A DNA stretch of 64,000 nt, taken from the NCBI GenBank assembly GCA_963693365.1, contig CAVNZM010000006.1, positions 4,877,264 through 4,941,263 of the forward strand, given 5' to 3'. The notes beneath the pieces are model-generated. The model made no database searches. It saw only the letters and a list, made by a program, of their open reading frames with translations, and was not told the origin of the DNA. This DNA is from Amoebidium appalachense. Taxonomy: Eukaryota; Protista; Ichthyosporea. The position numbers and the translations under genes are program-made. Below are positions 21,258-61,349 of the stretch, piece by piece. Positions within the stretch are counted from its first letter, which is position 1. The number at the start of each line of letters is the position of its first letter.

Positions 21258-22964
21258 GACCGCCCTAAGCCTCTGTAATCATGAATAACAAGGGGGGAAG
21301 TGGAAGAGGGAGGAGGGGTGGGTGGTGGTGGTGAGGGGTTACATGGCTTCTTAGTCATACGGAGGGGGGGGTAAGGGGTTGGGTGGGGGGGGGGGGGAGA
21401 TAGACGGAAGGCTCCACAGTCCTGTGCTGCAGAAAAGAGGGAGAAGTGGGGATGACGCATGGGGGTGGGGGTGGGGGGGTACTGGTGGCAGTGAGTAATG
21501 GTGGTAGTGGTGGAGTTCATGGCTCGGAGGTGAAAAGGAGGGGGGGGGAGGGGGAAGGGGTGGAGAGAAAAAGTTTAACAACCTCATGACTCCTGAATTG
21601 CCTGTAACAGTCCCCTCCTCTCGCTGTCCTCACTACTGTAAACCACTTCCGCATCCCGCAAGCCCCCCTCCCCCCCCAACCTGCCTCCTGGCTCCACATT
21701 TTAAAGTAATTTTTTCGGGTCACTCCATCAAACAACTTACATAACGATTTGGGCTTGCCCCTTCTCTCCCCGGCCGCCCCCCCCCCCCTTTCTTTTTCTG
21801 TGCGGGGGGGTGGGGGGGGGGGGATGGGAGGAACGTATAAGAACGTTCACTCCTCCGAAAGCTATTAATATCCCACTCCAAGAAAGCCCCTGTGTGCGGG
21901 GGGAGGCGGGAGGAGGGGAAGGATCGACAACGACGTTAACATTCACTCAGCTCACGTAAGCCCCCCTCCCCTCCCCCCCCCTTTCCCTTTCCCACCCTGC
22001 CTGCTCTATCCATTTTCTTAAGTCAGCTCTTCGTGTCCCTCCATCGAACAACTTACACACTGCCGGAATCAATTCCTCGCTCATATTATTTATATTATAT
22101 TTGAAACAGAAAACGATCCAGGCTTGCAGACGCCGGTAAAGCCAGTTACCGACCGAAACACTTACATACTATGATACGCAAAGTCAATAGACCGGCGCTT
22201 TTTGCCAAGGACACAATTCATGAAATTTCTTCCTTGCTTCAAGTACGTGCGTGTGACCGCAAGGCGATTGTGTGCCATGAAATTTCCTTGGATTGTGCAG
22301 ACCTGACCCGTAACGCACGAAAGCAATTTCTAAAGTTATTTGTGGATTTTGGTTGTGTGCACGTAGGTGTGTTTGTGTTTATTTGTGGTGTGTGGGTGCA
22401 TCTGCATAAGTTCGCCTGATTCTTGTTGCAGCTAACAGGAGTTGTGGGAGGTGGTCATAAGTGGGCTTAAGGAGAACAACTGATTCGACAAAAAGCAATA
22501 ACACTCAGTAGCTCAATAGCTATCATGTGGGTACCTTGCAACTCGACCCATTCAAATTGCTATCAACGCACGCTGCTAAGCCTTACCTTCACTCCCTTCC
22601 GCTTCATCCGTTTTTCGATCCCCTTCTGCAAATAAAACTCTTTAAGGTTTTTCTCTGGATACTTCAGAAACGGCCAGATCTACAGGAGGGGTTTACGCTG
22701 TTCACTCGAGGCAAAGACGGTTGCAATGGCCGAATCTCCCCACTATTTCATACATACAGTTCTGGCAGCACACGTAAAGTACAAAATTTACAAATATCTG
22801 CCAGTTCGGGGTCTGGAGGTACGCGTGCACCAAGCCGGGTGTAAACAGCGTAGTGACTACAGTAGAATACCTAAACTGCAAAAGTGAAACTTCATGTTTG
22901 AAGCTCAACAACATTTGAAAAGGGCCACCGTCAAGTTGTCAACCTTTGAATGTCGAGGATCCAG

Positions 22965-23035
22965 CCAATCAAAAACAAATTGCGTGTCCATTGGGTAATG
23001 TTTATCCAATAGAGGTAATATGTTGTTTCTATTGG
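22965..23035. promoter_or_regulatory. Cluster of four CCAAT/ATTGG boxes upstream of AK3
   Basis: CCAAT at ~22965 and ~23006, ATTGG at ~22990 and ~23031, roughly 15-25 bp apart in alternating orientation. Confidence 0.35.
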
Positions 23036-23740
23036 TTAATTACATTATCTACCGGGATCTGTAGTAGATAGGGCAAAAAAAAATGAAACGGACCCGGTGA
23101 TAAACGATGTTTGCTCGTTGTATGGTGTTAAATCAGCTCGAACCAAAACATATTCAGGAGCTTATCTAAAAGTATATATTGGATCTGTTTTTAGTTATAT
23201 TATAGTGCACATCGCTGATTGACTTATCTTTCTAAAAGGGCAAGTTCATGCCCTCCAGAGCCCATATACGCACCTATGCCGGTGCCCTTGTGGCTTTTTT
23301 GCAGCGTTTTATAATTCCAAAGTGCTAAACTATCCCTAAATGCTGCAGGACCCTTCACTTCGAAATTACAGTTTTTTGGCAGACAACGATTATTGGAACT
23401 TCTCATAAACAAGCGCTAGCTTTCAACATTATAGATGTGCTTTATAGAACACAAGCATATTTAACAAAAACTTCAAGTTTAGCTATTACCGATTTCTCCG
23501 ATGTCAGGTACCTACACCTTAGATTCGTAATCCTGCGTAATTCCGCAAAAGATCAAACCCACCCGATCATTGTTTTCCCGACCAATCAAACCGATACATC
23601 CATTTTTGGAAACAGCAACAGTCGCATAAACGTAAAACGACGCGAAAAGTTCATGTTTGCTGTCAGTTTCTTGCCCAACCCCCTCATTTCTTTCCTTTTC
23701 ACCCACCTCCCTTTTCCACCGACTTTTTTGTCTAGGCAGA

Positions 23741-26370
<2,630 letters not shown>

Positions 26371-27839
26371 AAAATGTGCCTTTAAACTTCATTGTGTTAG
26401 GTGCAATGTTGGCTAGGCATGCTTTAAAGGCGCTTAAAGGCTGCAGCTTTAATCTAGCGCTTGCCTGAAAGTGTTTCGTAGTTTTTGGGTACGGAGTTGG
26501 GAGGTGCTTTAGATGATGAGAAATGGGGAGAGGTGTGAATACATGTTCTGTTTCTTTCTGCATGCGGTGAGTTAGGTTCGCGTTCAAGGCACGGAAAAAA
26601 AATGTTAAGATTAGGTGCACAGAATTTTGTCATCTCTATACACTATATATATACTACGGCTGTACTAATAGCTAAAATACTTCGTATACATGGTATCAGA
26701 CTGCCTGCTTTTCTTTCGTATGATATGTGGCTGTAAAGTGATGAGAACCCGGTGTTGAGGCAACCGGATAATACGAATTCTGCTTTTACCAATCCCATGG
26801 CCACCATGTCGGGATTGGTCACCATGGCCAGCCCTCTTTCTCTCCCTCTCCCTCTCCCTCTCTCCACACACACACACACATGCACGCACGCTCAAACAAC
26901 CAGCCACCCATTCACAACAGCTCTTATCCACTTCCTATGCTATGCATACAGATATTATCGGACGAAACATACCCTGTCCAGCCTCTACAAAAAAATTGCA
27001 TGTTTATCGCTCTTGCACGTGTGTAAAAGGTGAGGAGGGTTGAGGCTGCCGTACAGAAAAAAAACACTATAATAATGGTCCACATGAAGGACGGTGCCTA
27101 AACAGGTGCATATTAGACATGTCTCGGTTTGTCGAATTTTCGGCCCGGCCTCCACGTGAGTATGTTCTTGTCGACACGCACTTGCAACCCTTCCCCCACG
27201 TGCACCGTATACAAGCCCGCCAACTTTACCCTCGCGCACGCCCACACCCTCACCCCATCCCGTACCCACAAACCACCACCACTAGTTACACACCACATGC
27301 ATGTGTAGTTGAGCTTTCGGGAAAGAATATGCTGCATTTTCTTCCCCGAACGCTCGAGACTGAGTGTCACAGTTTCAAGGGGAGTGAATTTACGGTGTCT
27401 TGGACGCTGGCCAAGAGCTTGGACCGCTACTCGACGCTTGGCCATATCGGTGCTCCGACCACAATCTATTGATGCTACCGAAAGCTTGAGCTGTTACTGA
27501 AAATAGAAAACTATAAATAGAGTGTTCTACATAACGATCTGATTGGTGGAGTTTTCCCGCCAAAAACCTCAGATTCACCATGCACAGCTGGCTGCCGCAG
27601 AATGAGCTTGCTGAAGCACGGCCCTCTGAAAGGCTGAAGGCTCAAAGTTTACAAAAAAAAAAAAAAAAAAAAAAAAAAGGGCTATGTTTCCTGGATTCTC
27701 CGTAAGGTTGACCGTTTGTGAAAGGCGAACACACGCGCCATTAAAAGTTTTCCTGGCACACCTTTCGTGTTTGGGCTCGGCTCTCCCCTCATCCCTCCAA
27801 AAGCAAGTAGCGAAATCTGAACGGGCACTGATCTTCAAC

Positions 27840-39229
<11,390 letters not shown>

Positions 39230-40034
39230 GGTGATCGGTGCACCCTTTTTAGTGGTTACGTTTTGTTGGATGTTGGCTTGGTTTTAACTTTTTCATTGAA
39301 TGTAGTTATGGGTTTAACTTTTTATGACCAGGAATTCATAGGGTAATTGGAAGTTGGTGTAGTTTTAACTTTTATGACCAACCCTTCATAAGAATCTGTG
39401 TACACATGTATGATTGGGATCATCTGTGGATTATAAAGATTTTCTCTGATTGGTTGCAGTGGGCAAGAGAGTATTCCAGTGGAAGCAACACTTTTTTTAA
39501 TCATTCTTTAATTGTAGCTTTTTCAGAGTTGCAACCATAATTATCAGGGTTTGAAAATACAACAAGGTCATGCATGCTGGTGTGTGTGTGTGTACAGGAG
39601 CGCCGAGTGGCACTATCTTGTGCAATCTCCCGGTTTAAATCTATGTTGCTGCTCCTATGCGCTCCGGGCCCGTATTTACATATACCTATATACGTGCACC
39701 TATTACATACACAAACGTATATCCGTACATACAGCGTGTACCAGGCATGAAAACACAGCCTCCCCTTCATTAATATCATATGTTTGTGCAAGAGGGGTAA
39801 ACGTCAACCATGCAGCATGCATATGTACACCTACTGTATGCCATGTTGTAAATAATATTATGTCACGTTTTCCCAACATCACCCCTGGGAGAATGGGCCC
39901 GGGTGGGAGCTGAAAATGAGCTGCCGTGTGGGCAAAAGGGAACAGTGCCTTAATTTCTAAAAAGGGGGTGAAGTATGCATGCAGACGCACAAAGCCCCCC
40001 CTCCCTCACACACACACACGCACACACACACACG

Positions 40035-40084
<50 letters not shown>

Positions 40085-40821
40085 ACGGATGACCGGTTAT
40101 TGCACAGAATGAGCAAAACATTGTTCGTATCTTCTCTTCACCACTTCATTATTTTAGTTTATTTACTTACTGGTCTTTTTTGTTGTTGTCGCTGGTTTTT
40201 ATGTGTGCAAGCTCATTAACTTACAACTTACTGCATTATATATACGATATATGTTTATAATCTACATTGCAAAGCAACATACTACATGCCATTATTCGAT
40301 TCATCAAGCTTACTAATAATGTTACCATAACCCCCTTGAGAAATTTGATAACGTTAGCCTCACGTACACAATGCCTTAGTAGTCTAATTGCAAGTCTGCC
40401 AAAGTCAAACTTAACCGCGGTATCTAAGGACCCGGAATATCGAAATGGCCTATATAGGTCTTAGGCAGACCCCCCTAACAACGGGATAAACGATTGCGAA
40501 TTTGCAAGGTTTACAATGCATGCAAATTCACCACACAGTGCCTATGTCTGCACTTAACCTAAGTGCTTAAGTATATTGGAAAAAAATTCGATATGTAATG
40601 GTTATGATAGTACGAGCCAGTAGCCTATATGAAGGATGTACTCACTACTCTCACATTCGTACTATCACATAACCACTCTATAACCTTCAAAAGAAATGTT
40701 ACATAACTGTGCATGTGTCATGTGGATGTGAGAGTTGAAAGTGACATATGAAATTCATGTTTGGTTTGTGACATTGTATTCATTCTCGTTGTGTGTGTGT
40801 GTGTGTATGTGTGTGTGTGTG

Positions 40822-40857
<36 letters not shown>

Positions 40858-40954
40858 TTGTCTTTTACTCTGTAGGATATCTGCACAAACAGTCACAACA
40901 CATCCAGTGGTACGTAAAACAAGCCTTCAACATCGCTTCATTAGCCAAAAAAGG

Positions 40955-51676
<10,722 letters not shown>

Positions 51677-51916
51677 TTTTGGGCGTTACCTTCACTGTGT
51701 CGTGAAGAAAAACCACTTGAGGGCACGCTTGGTGTGATAGTATGACTTGAGGGCGATATTTATCTTTAAATGTTCCTCACCTGCCAATGACAAAGCTTAA
51801 CAAATGTTGATTAAATTTTTTATAAGTTTCACGAGAAGGTGTCAATGAACTCACCCCATGCAAAATTACGGGATTTTCAGGCTGGATTTCATTGTGTTCA
51901 TACTGTGTGCAGCAAT

Positions 51917-52118
<202 letters not shown>

Positions 52119-52384
52119 TTGTTTTTGGTTATACAACGGCAGTCTTAGGTTAAAGTTATGGCCACGTTTATGTATGTAGAATACTGCTATGATGTATCAT
52201 AACGTGCACACGTACAATTATTCCCTTGTCACTATGTGCTGTGTTAGTGTGTTTTTGCCTATGACGGTCATGGTGGGTAGCCGGTTTTTGCTGTGTAGGT
52301 TTGCGCGCGCAGACACGTTGGAGGCGTGTTAGTGTCTGCCAGTGTAGTGTGTGTGTGTGTGTGCGTGTGTATGTGTGTTTGTGT

Positions 52385-52420
<36 letters not shown>

Positions 52421-52421
52421 C

Positions 52422-52461
<40 letters not shown>

Positions 52462-52537
52462 CGCGCGCGCGGCACGCACTAGTGCTGCTTGGGCTGTACT
52501 GTCTGTGTCTCATTGTGACATAGTGACTTGTGTGTGT

Positions 52538-52683
<146 letters not shown>

Positions 52684-52710
52684 CGCGCGCGGCGCGCGTG
52701 TGCGCGTTCG

Positions 52711-52741
<31 letters not shown>

Positions 52742-53085
52742 TGCAACACTGTGTGTGTGTCTGTGCGTTCGTGTGTGTATGTGTGTGTGTGTGTGTGTGT
52801 GCATGCGTGTGTGTATTTCTGTGTGTGGTTCTGTGCGTTCGTCTGTGTTTGTGTGCCTGTGATGCCCCACATGTGCTCATCCTCAAGCATCGAGGATCCG
52901 TGTGTGGACGTTTGTTTGTGCACACTACAACGCGTTGATGAGGTAAAAACACACCAGCTTTGTGAGAGGTGTGCCAGTAAGACTTACATGCATGTCCCAT
53001 CACCGTTGATGTTGCCATGACATGGGCCACAACTCACGGTGGAAGATAACAATCTAAATAGAAACGTGTAGTTGTGATTTAACAT

Positions 53086-53172
53086 TAGCAGGCACTCATC
53101 GGTGTGGCTAATCGGTGTGACTAATTTAACTTTAGCAGGCACTCATCGGTGTGGCTATTCGGTGTGACTAAT
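53086..53172 (+). repeat. Short tandem duplication TAGCAGGCACTCATCGGTGTGGCTAWTCGGTGTGACTAAT x2
   Basis: Two copies about 47 bp apart, between the divergent receptor genes. Confidence 0.8.
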
Positions 53173-55468
53173 GATCTAAACTCCCGACACAACTGTTCAT
53201 GTGCATACAGTACATAACCTGCTACAGCTACTAGTAGCACGGGAAATGAAACAAACTATCTGTTTCACGTGCAACACGACACGCGCAGGTACATAAAGAG
53301 AAACATTGGACTCCGGGAGGTATGCCACACGGTGATGCCGACGGTGGGCACTAACATGGGAAATTGTGCTGGTGAGTAACGTGAGTGCACAACTCGGCAT
53401 ATATTGATCAACAACAATGATCGGAAATTCCAGATATCTCGTTTTTTCCGGCAAGAAAATAGGCACAGAAAACTATGATTCAGAAATTGTGTACATGCGT
53501 CATAACCGTAATTTTTTTCTTTTGACTGGATTTATTCGACGGAAAGATATGCAAGTATGCACCGTAATTGTTGTAGCCACCTTCTGTGATGATTCAATGA
53601 AAACGATTCAGACTTCAATTTGCAAATATTATATATCATTTGAAAAGATAATCATTTAGCTAGTAGCTTTGTGAATATTTGAGGTCACCTGGGTTTGAGG
53701 AGATTAATGGAAATCGCGGGCCAATCACACGGCTGGCAGTGGCAGCCTGTTACAAGCCGATCCAGTTCCATCCCCATTCCCCACCCTGTCTCGTGGCGCA
53801 CTTTTAAGCCTCAAATGCATTCACTAGCCGATAAAAGCAATGAACATGAATATAAATTTCATTTAAAATGCTATATTTTATGTGTTGTAGGTTATGCCGC
53901 ATAAATATCATTACGAATAGTGCTGCTCAAGCTCTCCATTGTGGTCTGTCGGAATTCACTGAAGAGACCTCAGTTAGGATGAGGAATTTGAAGTGGAATG
54001 CGGTTGTCTCGGCAGCGACACTGCCCTGTGAGCAGTGGCACTTCAGAGCACTTACGAGATTCAAAAATTCTGCATGTGCACTAAATCTAAAAAGAATACG
54101 GTTTTGGCATATATATGTTATAAACATTGTTAAAAGGTAGTTCTTGAATTTACATAACCGTTTTGAGCTTGTCTTCTGTGTAATGTATCTCCATGCAGCT
54201 ACATCAAAAATGATCAGTCCACACAGATGACAGAGAGTCTACGGTAAATCACAAATCTGAACTCAAGCATCTTGAAGATGATTGGTGTATCGCGCACCTT
54301 GCATCAAATTCCGATCGGGCTGTGAAATTAAGGGGTGTTTAGCCACAGAATTGTCCATGAACCTCGAAAAATGTCGCTAATTTTTTAGGTTAGGTATACC
54401 AATTTTTAACCAGTGCTAATAACTACATCCAATACCAAAAAAAATACCCCACAAAACGTTGGTGGCCCTATTAGGGCCTTTAAGGCAGAGGAAAAGGTGC
54501 TAAAATGGCATCAGCCAGAGACCAGTTTCACACCCTGATTCTCATGTTGCTGTTTAGTTTACATCCGTCGTCCAATCAGAGAGCGCGCTGGAACTCTCGG
54601 TGATGTGCATGCCCTGGGGCCACGGCCCTCTGTGTTAACAACTTTCTCAACTCAAGCTACTCAAGTACAGCACAAAGTTTTGGTATGTATACTTTCTTGG
54701 TTATCACTGAATCATAAGCATGTCCATGTACGTCATCATTAGGTCTGCCAGCCGCCAGAGTATGCATAGCTGAAGGCGTTCGTGCATTACTATTATTCCA
54801 AAGTCCAAGCAACACAGCACCACAAAGCTCCATCAGAATATTTCTACGGATGCACTAACATGAGTTCATGTTTTCCTTTTTACCCATATCGCGGCGGCAT
54901 ATACTCGAAGGCTTTAGAGTTCTTTAGAAGAATATCCTCGCTCGATGCAAAGTTTTCCGTTTTTTTTTCCTCGTTATTTAGGCCCCGGGGCCCAGTTCTG
55001 CTGCTTGTACATATACTCCAATATAAACAACTTTGTGGTATCGTCTTTTTTTTTCCAACGTAATGATTTTTCATCACGATTGATCGTTCATCACCACCGG
55101 ACTAACTCAACGGTCACGGAGGTGGGCGGGTTGGGTTAAGTAGAGCGTTAATGCTCGTAGGCTATTACCTATTACGTTCATGCGCACATCGACTTCTGGC
55201 ACACACATACACACACACACACACAGGCACACAGGCACACAGGCACACACACGTACACGCACACGTGCACCCATTGCCACATATATATGTCATGTAAGCA
55301 CGGGGACGCACATAGACACGCGCTAGATGAGCAGCAGTTATGTTTGAAATAAATTATTTAGGTGATGATGACAACACACTATGCCCACTAATGACACTGT
55401 CCGCCTAAACCAATCGTCTCTCCTTTAAGTTTCTTGCATTGCCCTCCATTCCCATCTTTAAGATCATC

Positions 55469-56651
55469 ATGGCTGCCAACAGTGTGAAAAACAGTTCTTT
55501 TCTTCTTTTCCTTTCGACACTCGTTACTCTGTGCCCAAAGACTTGGGCAAGAGCGAAAACCCCCGGTTTTAGCTCAACGGTCAATACAGATGGCTGGGTG
55601 ACACATGCAAACACACTATGCAGTAAATACAAGTGTTGTGGCGACCTCATACCCCAGGTTTACCCCGTGGACTCTACGGGGTTTTTGATCGAAAAATCTG
55701 ATTTGCAACTCCCGAAACCAGCTAATGAGCGTGTTTACAAGTACGTCGTGGCAACTCGAAGGTTTTGGGGTGAGGCCGTGAGTGTAAATGGGCGAGTGAA
55801 ATACGAAATTGGATCGAGCAGAACCCGTATGGTGTTGTGGAACCCGAACATTCGTCCCGGAACGGAATTTTTTCAACGGGAACTCGTTAAGGGGATTCAG
55901 GTGGCTATTCCCTTCCTCCTCCCCCTCCTGCCTCCCTCTCCGGGCTCCCCACCACCACCCACCCAAACCAACTGTTAGCGACCATACAAAGACACTGACA
56001 CACACAACACACACACACACCCACACAATTCACACTACACACACACACATTGTCAAGCACCCTCACACAGAACACCACCACCATTACCATCACCTTTCCT
56101 TCTCTATGTAATCCCATGTTAAACTGAGTTATACTGCGGCACAGTGGCCCTGTTGGAGCCAACAATCAGTTCCCTTTTTTGCCTGTCCTAACATCTCCCC
56201 CCCCCCCCCCCCCCCCTTCCCCTTCTCTACAGCACACGGTGTGCAACGAAACCATGTCCAGTGGGGCCTTTATCCCCTATGTTGCCGAGGTGGCGAATGT
56301 GGGCAGGGAGGGAATCGAGCGGCTTTTGTACGATCCAACCATATTCGATTCCGATCCCGATCGGCCCGACCTGATCTTAATCGACAAATACGAAGCGGCC
56401 CCCTTGAAGCAGCAGGGGATTTTAGCGGATTTGCGGCCCCTGATCCAATCAAAACTGCTGGATAAATCTGCTCCATTTCTTGATATACTCCTGCAAAGGG
56501 CAACGGCACCCACCGTCTACCAATACTTCCAGGAGTCCCAGACGAGTTTTTTTGCCCTTCCCCTTGCTCTCTCGGTAAGAAGCCCCTATGACATTTAATC
56601 TCGTTCCTTACACAGTATGTAACCACACCCTGCTCTCCCCCTTTGAACAAG

Positions 56652-56702
<51 letters not shown>

Positions 56703-57215
56703 CGCGGTTCTCTTAACCCCTGGCACTTCGTACTCCATGGCGCATTCAACTCCCCCCTCCCCCCCCCCCCTCCCCCCCCCCCCCCCCCCCCCCACACACA
56801 CAGAGAGAGAGAGAGAGACAGACACGGCCACGCTTTTGGGATGGCAAACTCTCACACATAATTGTTAGCACACACCTCTCTTCACTCGACCCTTCCCCCT
56901 TCCCCCGTTCTCTTCTTGTAGGTAATGCTTTGGTTGCCGTTTGAGCCTTTTGCTTTTGACGCGGCTCCACTTTTACGCTTGCCTACCTATGATGCACTGG
57001 AAAGTTTCTCGATACCCCCCCCCCCCCCGCAAAAAAAAACAAAAAAAAAAACAAAAAAAAAACACTCTTAGGTAACTCGCTGTGTGTTTGTACTTCATAG
57101 TGTGCACTCCGGTCTCAACCCCAACAACAACAACAACAACCCCTCCCCCCCCCCCCCCCCCCCCCCCTCCCCTCCCTCTTGCCTGCCCCAAAAAAGGGGA
57201 AAAGAAGCCCGGAAG

Positions 57216-57268
<53 letters not shown>

Positions 57269-58710
57269 CAACCACATCAAGTACAATAAGACGACGTTTG
57301 CCCGGCTAGGCATCCAGGCACCCGACTTCCCTCACTTCACGAGTGTTCATGAAACCGCCGGCATGTTCCAAAAGATGACCGAGTGGCCATACACGTGGGG
57401 GGATCTCGTTAATTGGACGAAAATCATCGCCGAAGACGCCAAGGAAAACCGCGTCGAAGCCGCCGGATTGGATTACGACCCGGGATATATGAACGAGGAG
57501 AGAATTTTCCACGGGTTGGTGAGTTCGAGCTATGTGCAGACGTCGGCCGGCGAAAAACCCCATTTTCGCTGTGCTTTGAACACCCCCGAAATAATTTCGA
57601 GGCTGAATTCGACCCTTTTGCCGCTGATTTCGAGTGGCCTGATTGGACCCCGCACCCTGAAGACGATCTCGGGGGATCAGCTCTTTTCCGATTGGAAGAA
57701 GGCGTGGCCGGAACCGCCCCCCTCCGAGACCCCTAAACCTGCCTTCTCGATATTCACGCTGCCCGATGACGTCGAGGGGAAGTTGTGGGGGATGCGATTT
57801 GCGAGTTTTGACACGCCTGGGGTCAGTGGGGACGATATAGGGAGAATGTTCCCCCCTAGAGGGGCCGATGGGAGTTACCACATCAATATTCACGGTTTAA
57901 GCGTGGGTCGTACGCAGCGAAACACCACCCTGACCGTCAACACCCTTCTAAATTTCGTCGATCTGCGGCTCCCCTACCTTCTAAATATGGCGATGTCCTT
58001 GGATTCTTTACCATCAATGGTGTTTGAGAATTGTGCCGAACCCCCCTACTTTAACACTACCGAGTGGTGGGGGGCCCAATGCTCCATGAATTCCGCCGTC
58101 CGCGCCTTTAAGGAACTTTTCACGGCCCCCGAGCGTTATTATTTCGTCCAAAGGGGGAACCATTGGCGAAGTTTGCTCTTTTCGCTCGCGGCCATGAACG
58201 CAAGTGTCGATGAAGCCGTCCAATCAGCGTGCCTGGTTGTCGATCGGTTCTTTCTGCTACCATGCACGGTGGAGCGCGATCTAGTGATGACCGCCGGATC
58301 GTGCGATCCGATTACAAATAGCATTCAGGTAAGCCTTCCAGCGATAACCCCCCCCCCCCCCCCCCATTACCTTCGTGTGCGCACACACAAATACAGGCAT
58401 ACACACACACTCAAACACACATATCGCACTTGCAAAAACGGGTACGCCTAACAAAGGGAGGAAACAAAATTTCTGTTCTTTGGGGAACCATATGCATAAA
58501 CCATATACATATCACAAAGCCCAGTGTAACGAATCGGGTGTGTTTCCTTTTGTGTATATGTGTTTGCCCGCGTTTGTGGGGGGGGCAAAGGTGTGTGTGT
58601 GTGTGTGTTGGGGGGGGGGAGGGGGAGGGGGTTCGGCTGATTCTCTGTAGAGATAAGATGGGGGTAAGCAAGTACGGAATTTAGTAGGCTATGTTGCGGC
58701 ACACACATCC

Positions 58711-58775
<65 letters not shown>

Positions 58776-60244
58776 GGAGAGAGGGAGGGATGTGGAAAGC
58801 TCAACATTGTTGCTAAACAATCGCATCCGTCCCCCCCCCCCCCCCCCCTCCCCCCCCTCCCCCCCCCCCCCCCTCCCCCCCCCCCCCCCCCCCCCTCCCC
58901 TCAACCACAGGTGACGTTTGCATGGAAAAGTTTTCCAAATTCGCAGCAAACCAATTCAGCCACTAACGGCGATATTGCGTGCTACATGGGTCCTAACACG
59001 ACACTTCCCGCGCCGCAAACGTTATCATGCGGCTATGTTTCCCCGCAATCGCCCCTCGCCATCGGAATTTACTTCATGGAATCCCTGGGCATGATCGTGG
59101 TGATCGGCTGCCTAATATCCGTATTCGTATTGCGGAAAAACCCCCGCTTGGATTCCTTTGAACCCCCCCTTCTACTCGTCGTTCTTACGGGCTGCGGGAT
59201 GGCCCTTGCGTCGACTATGCTCCTCCCCTCCCCGGGTTTGATTTGCCCTACCCTCACGTCCCTCTGGCTTTTTTCGATTGGAGCAACGATTTTGCTCTCT
59301 GCATTTATCATCCGAATGCTGCAAGTCGCACACATGTCACAGACGGCGTACATGCACGAGCATTCGTTGGACAGCATCCCTACGGTGAAATCGATACTCC
59401 CGTTGGAAAAATTCATGAAGAAACCCGTGTACCTTCTTCTGATTGGTGCAACCGTGGCCATTGACGTGATTCTATTAATCGTGGTTACGTTAACGGGCGG
59501 GGTGTCGTATGACTTGCGGCCAGTCACGGTGCGAGCGGTCGGCGCAATCCCCACAGATGCGGCGAGCTTCACCCTAGATGCCAAATTCCTGAGCGTAAAT
59601 TTGGAACAGTCCCCCGTGCTGTTGGTACTGTGTGCATGGCACGTCGTCCTCCTATTGGCTGCTGCGATAACGGGGGGCTCAACACAGGATTTACCGGCAG
59701 GCAGCGACGGGAATTGGGGATTTTGTTCCTTTTGTGCCTAAATTTGACCGTTTTGGTCGGGTGCATGGTCCCGTTTTTGCTCCTGTCGTCCAACCTGCCT
59801 ATGAAAATGCTTGTTTTTTCGGGCACGGTTCTGTTTGCCGTAACTACGATAGTGGTGTGGTACTACCTTCCGCGTATCGTCATTTCGATCGATTCATCCC
59901 GCTTCCTCGGTCTCCGTAAATGGGCCATTGATCTTATAGACCCCCGAAATTCAAACTCGAGCCCAACAAATGACTGTATATACCTAAGATCTGGAAATCA
60001 CAATTATCGTGAACCCGCAGTTATTCGTAATGCCAGGTCTGATAGTCAAGCTATGGTTGTTGGTCTTAAACCCCGCCAGCCAAATTCATCTGAGGTTAGA
60101 AAGAGTTTGACTGAATTGCAAGATAGGAAAATTTTGGCAGCGGCGCGGGTTCAGAGGTTTAGGGAGAGTTTAGCGCAGATGGAAAAACGAGAGATTGACT
60201 TGAAGGGGTGGGCCGGTGTGACGGCCATAGGGGATGAGGAGTGA
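55469..60244 (+). CDS. Class C-like 7TM receptor B with SBP-like ectodomain; 4 exons; one frameshift in a G run
   Basis: Exons 55469-55900, 56233-56574, 57267-58328, 58911-60244. Motifs RPDLILID, GILADLRPLI, FALPLALS/YNHIKYNKTTFARLGIQAP..WPYTWGDL, seven hydrophobic segments, and TM7 YYLPRI. The shift is at G6 (59672-59677), where the paralog has 7 G (C7 at 61909-61915). Confidence 0.8.
56722..56752 (-). repeat. Short fragment of the repeat family in a receptor B intron
   Basis: Reverse complement GTTGAATGCGCCATGGAGTACGAAGTGCC, following a G tract. Confidence 0.55.
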
Positions 60245-60302
60245 GAGACACACACACACACATGCACATGCACACACACGCCGCACACGCAAATATGCAC
60301 AT

Positions 60303-60367
<65 letters not shown>

Positions 60368-61349
60368 CAGACACGGGTACAGACACACACACCGTTTACA
60401 AGCACACGTATACACGTGACACAAACACTATTAGGCCGTAACCAATAATATCGGTTAACTAATAGTAGTAAAATGGGGGTACTGATACAACTGGCTTAGT
60501 AATATGAGTTGATTTCAGTTTTTCTTTTATTTTTTGGTTGTAACATATCGATCAATGCATGTGAGCATGTAGGTTAACTTGTATTTTATAATCCAATTGC
60601 AATATCAAAATTAATACGTACCATGAGCTAGATACCACTTGTTTTTTGCTGGTTATGCAAAGATAAAACTGTAAGCTGAGGCCGCTGAATGACTCAAAGA
60701 AGACCTTAAAGGCTCCCAGGGGGAAGGACCGAGGGGGGAGGCAAGGGCCCGTGGCCCGTCACACTGGCGGGGCCCCCGGGGGAGGGGGGGGGGGGGGGGG
60801 GGGGGACAAGACACGTATATGTGGGCAAAAACCGGGGCGGCTTTTAAATCAAAAACTTTTTCCTGGCGCCAAAGAATCGACGCAGATAGATTCCAATTAA
60901 TAATATGACAATATGTCGAATTAAGAAATTAAAAATCTTAAGTATTTAAGTTATATGTCTGTCGACATAGAACGGTTACCTCATATGGCAGGATCTCAAG
61001 ACATCACATGCAAGGTCTTTCGCCTATTTTAAATTTTACTCATTAATAATATTAATGATTTTTTTTACTGAAAAAACTTTAAATTGCATCAACATGATGT
61101 TAAGAAACAAATGCATCGTGATAAAAATATTTACTTACAGGCGGCATCCGACCCACCCACCAACATGTGTTTATAGGTGTGGAATTAAGCCTTACGTAAT
61201 GCCATATTCTAGCAGTATCTTATGATACGTGTGTGCTTTCGAATGTGTGCAAGTGTGGTACGTGTGCGGCGCTCGTGTGCTACATGTGTGTGCGTCAGTG
61301 TGTGCGAGGCCAAACACTTCTAAAATTTACTAAAATTAATCAAATTCAT

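Noticed and set aside
26643-27581. ORFs between AK3 and APE1 (e.g. MAKRRVAVQ...)
   Set aside because: No recognisable homology and no consistent splice model; probably UTR or promoter DNA.
53197-54500. Microsatellite-free AT-rich stretch with short ORFs (FHLKCY) as a transposase remnant
   Set aside because: The motif is too weak, and no TIRs or catalytic residues were identified.
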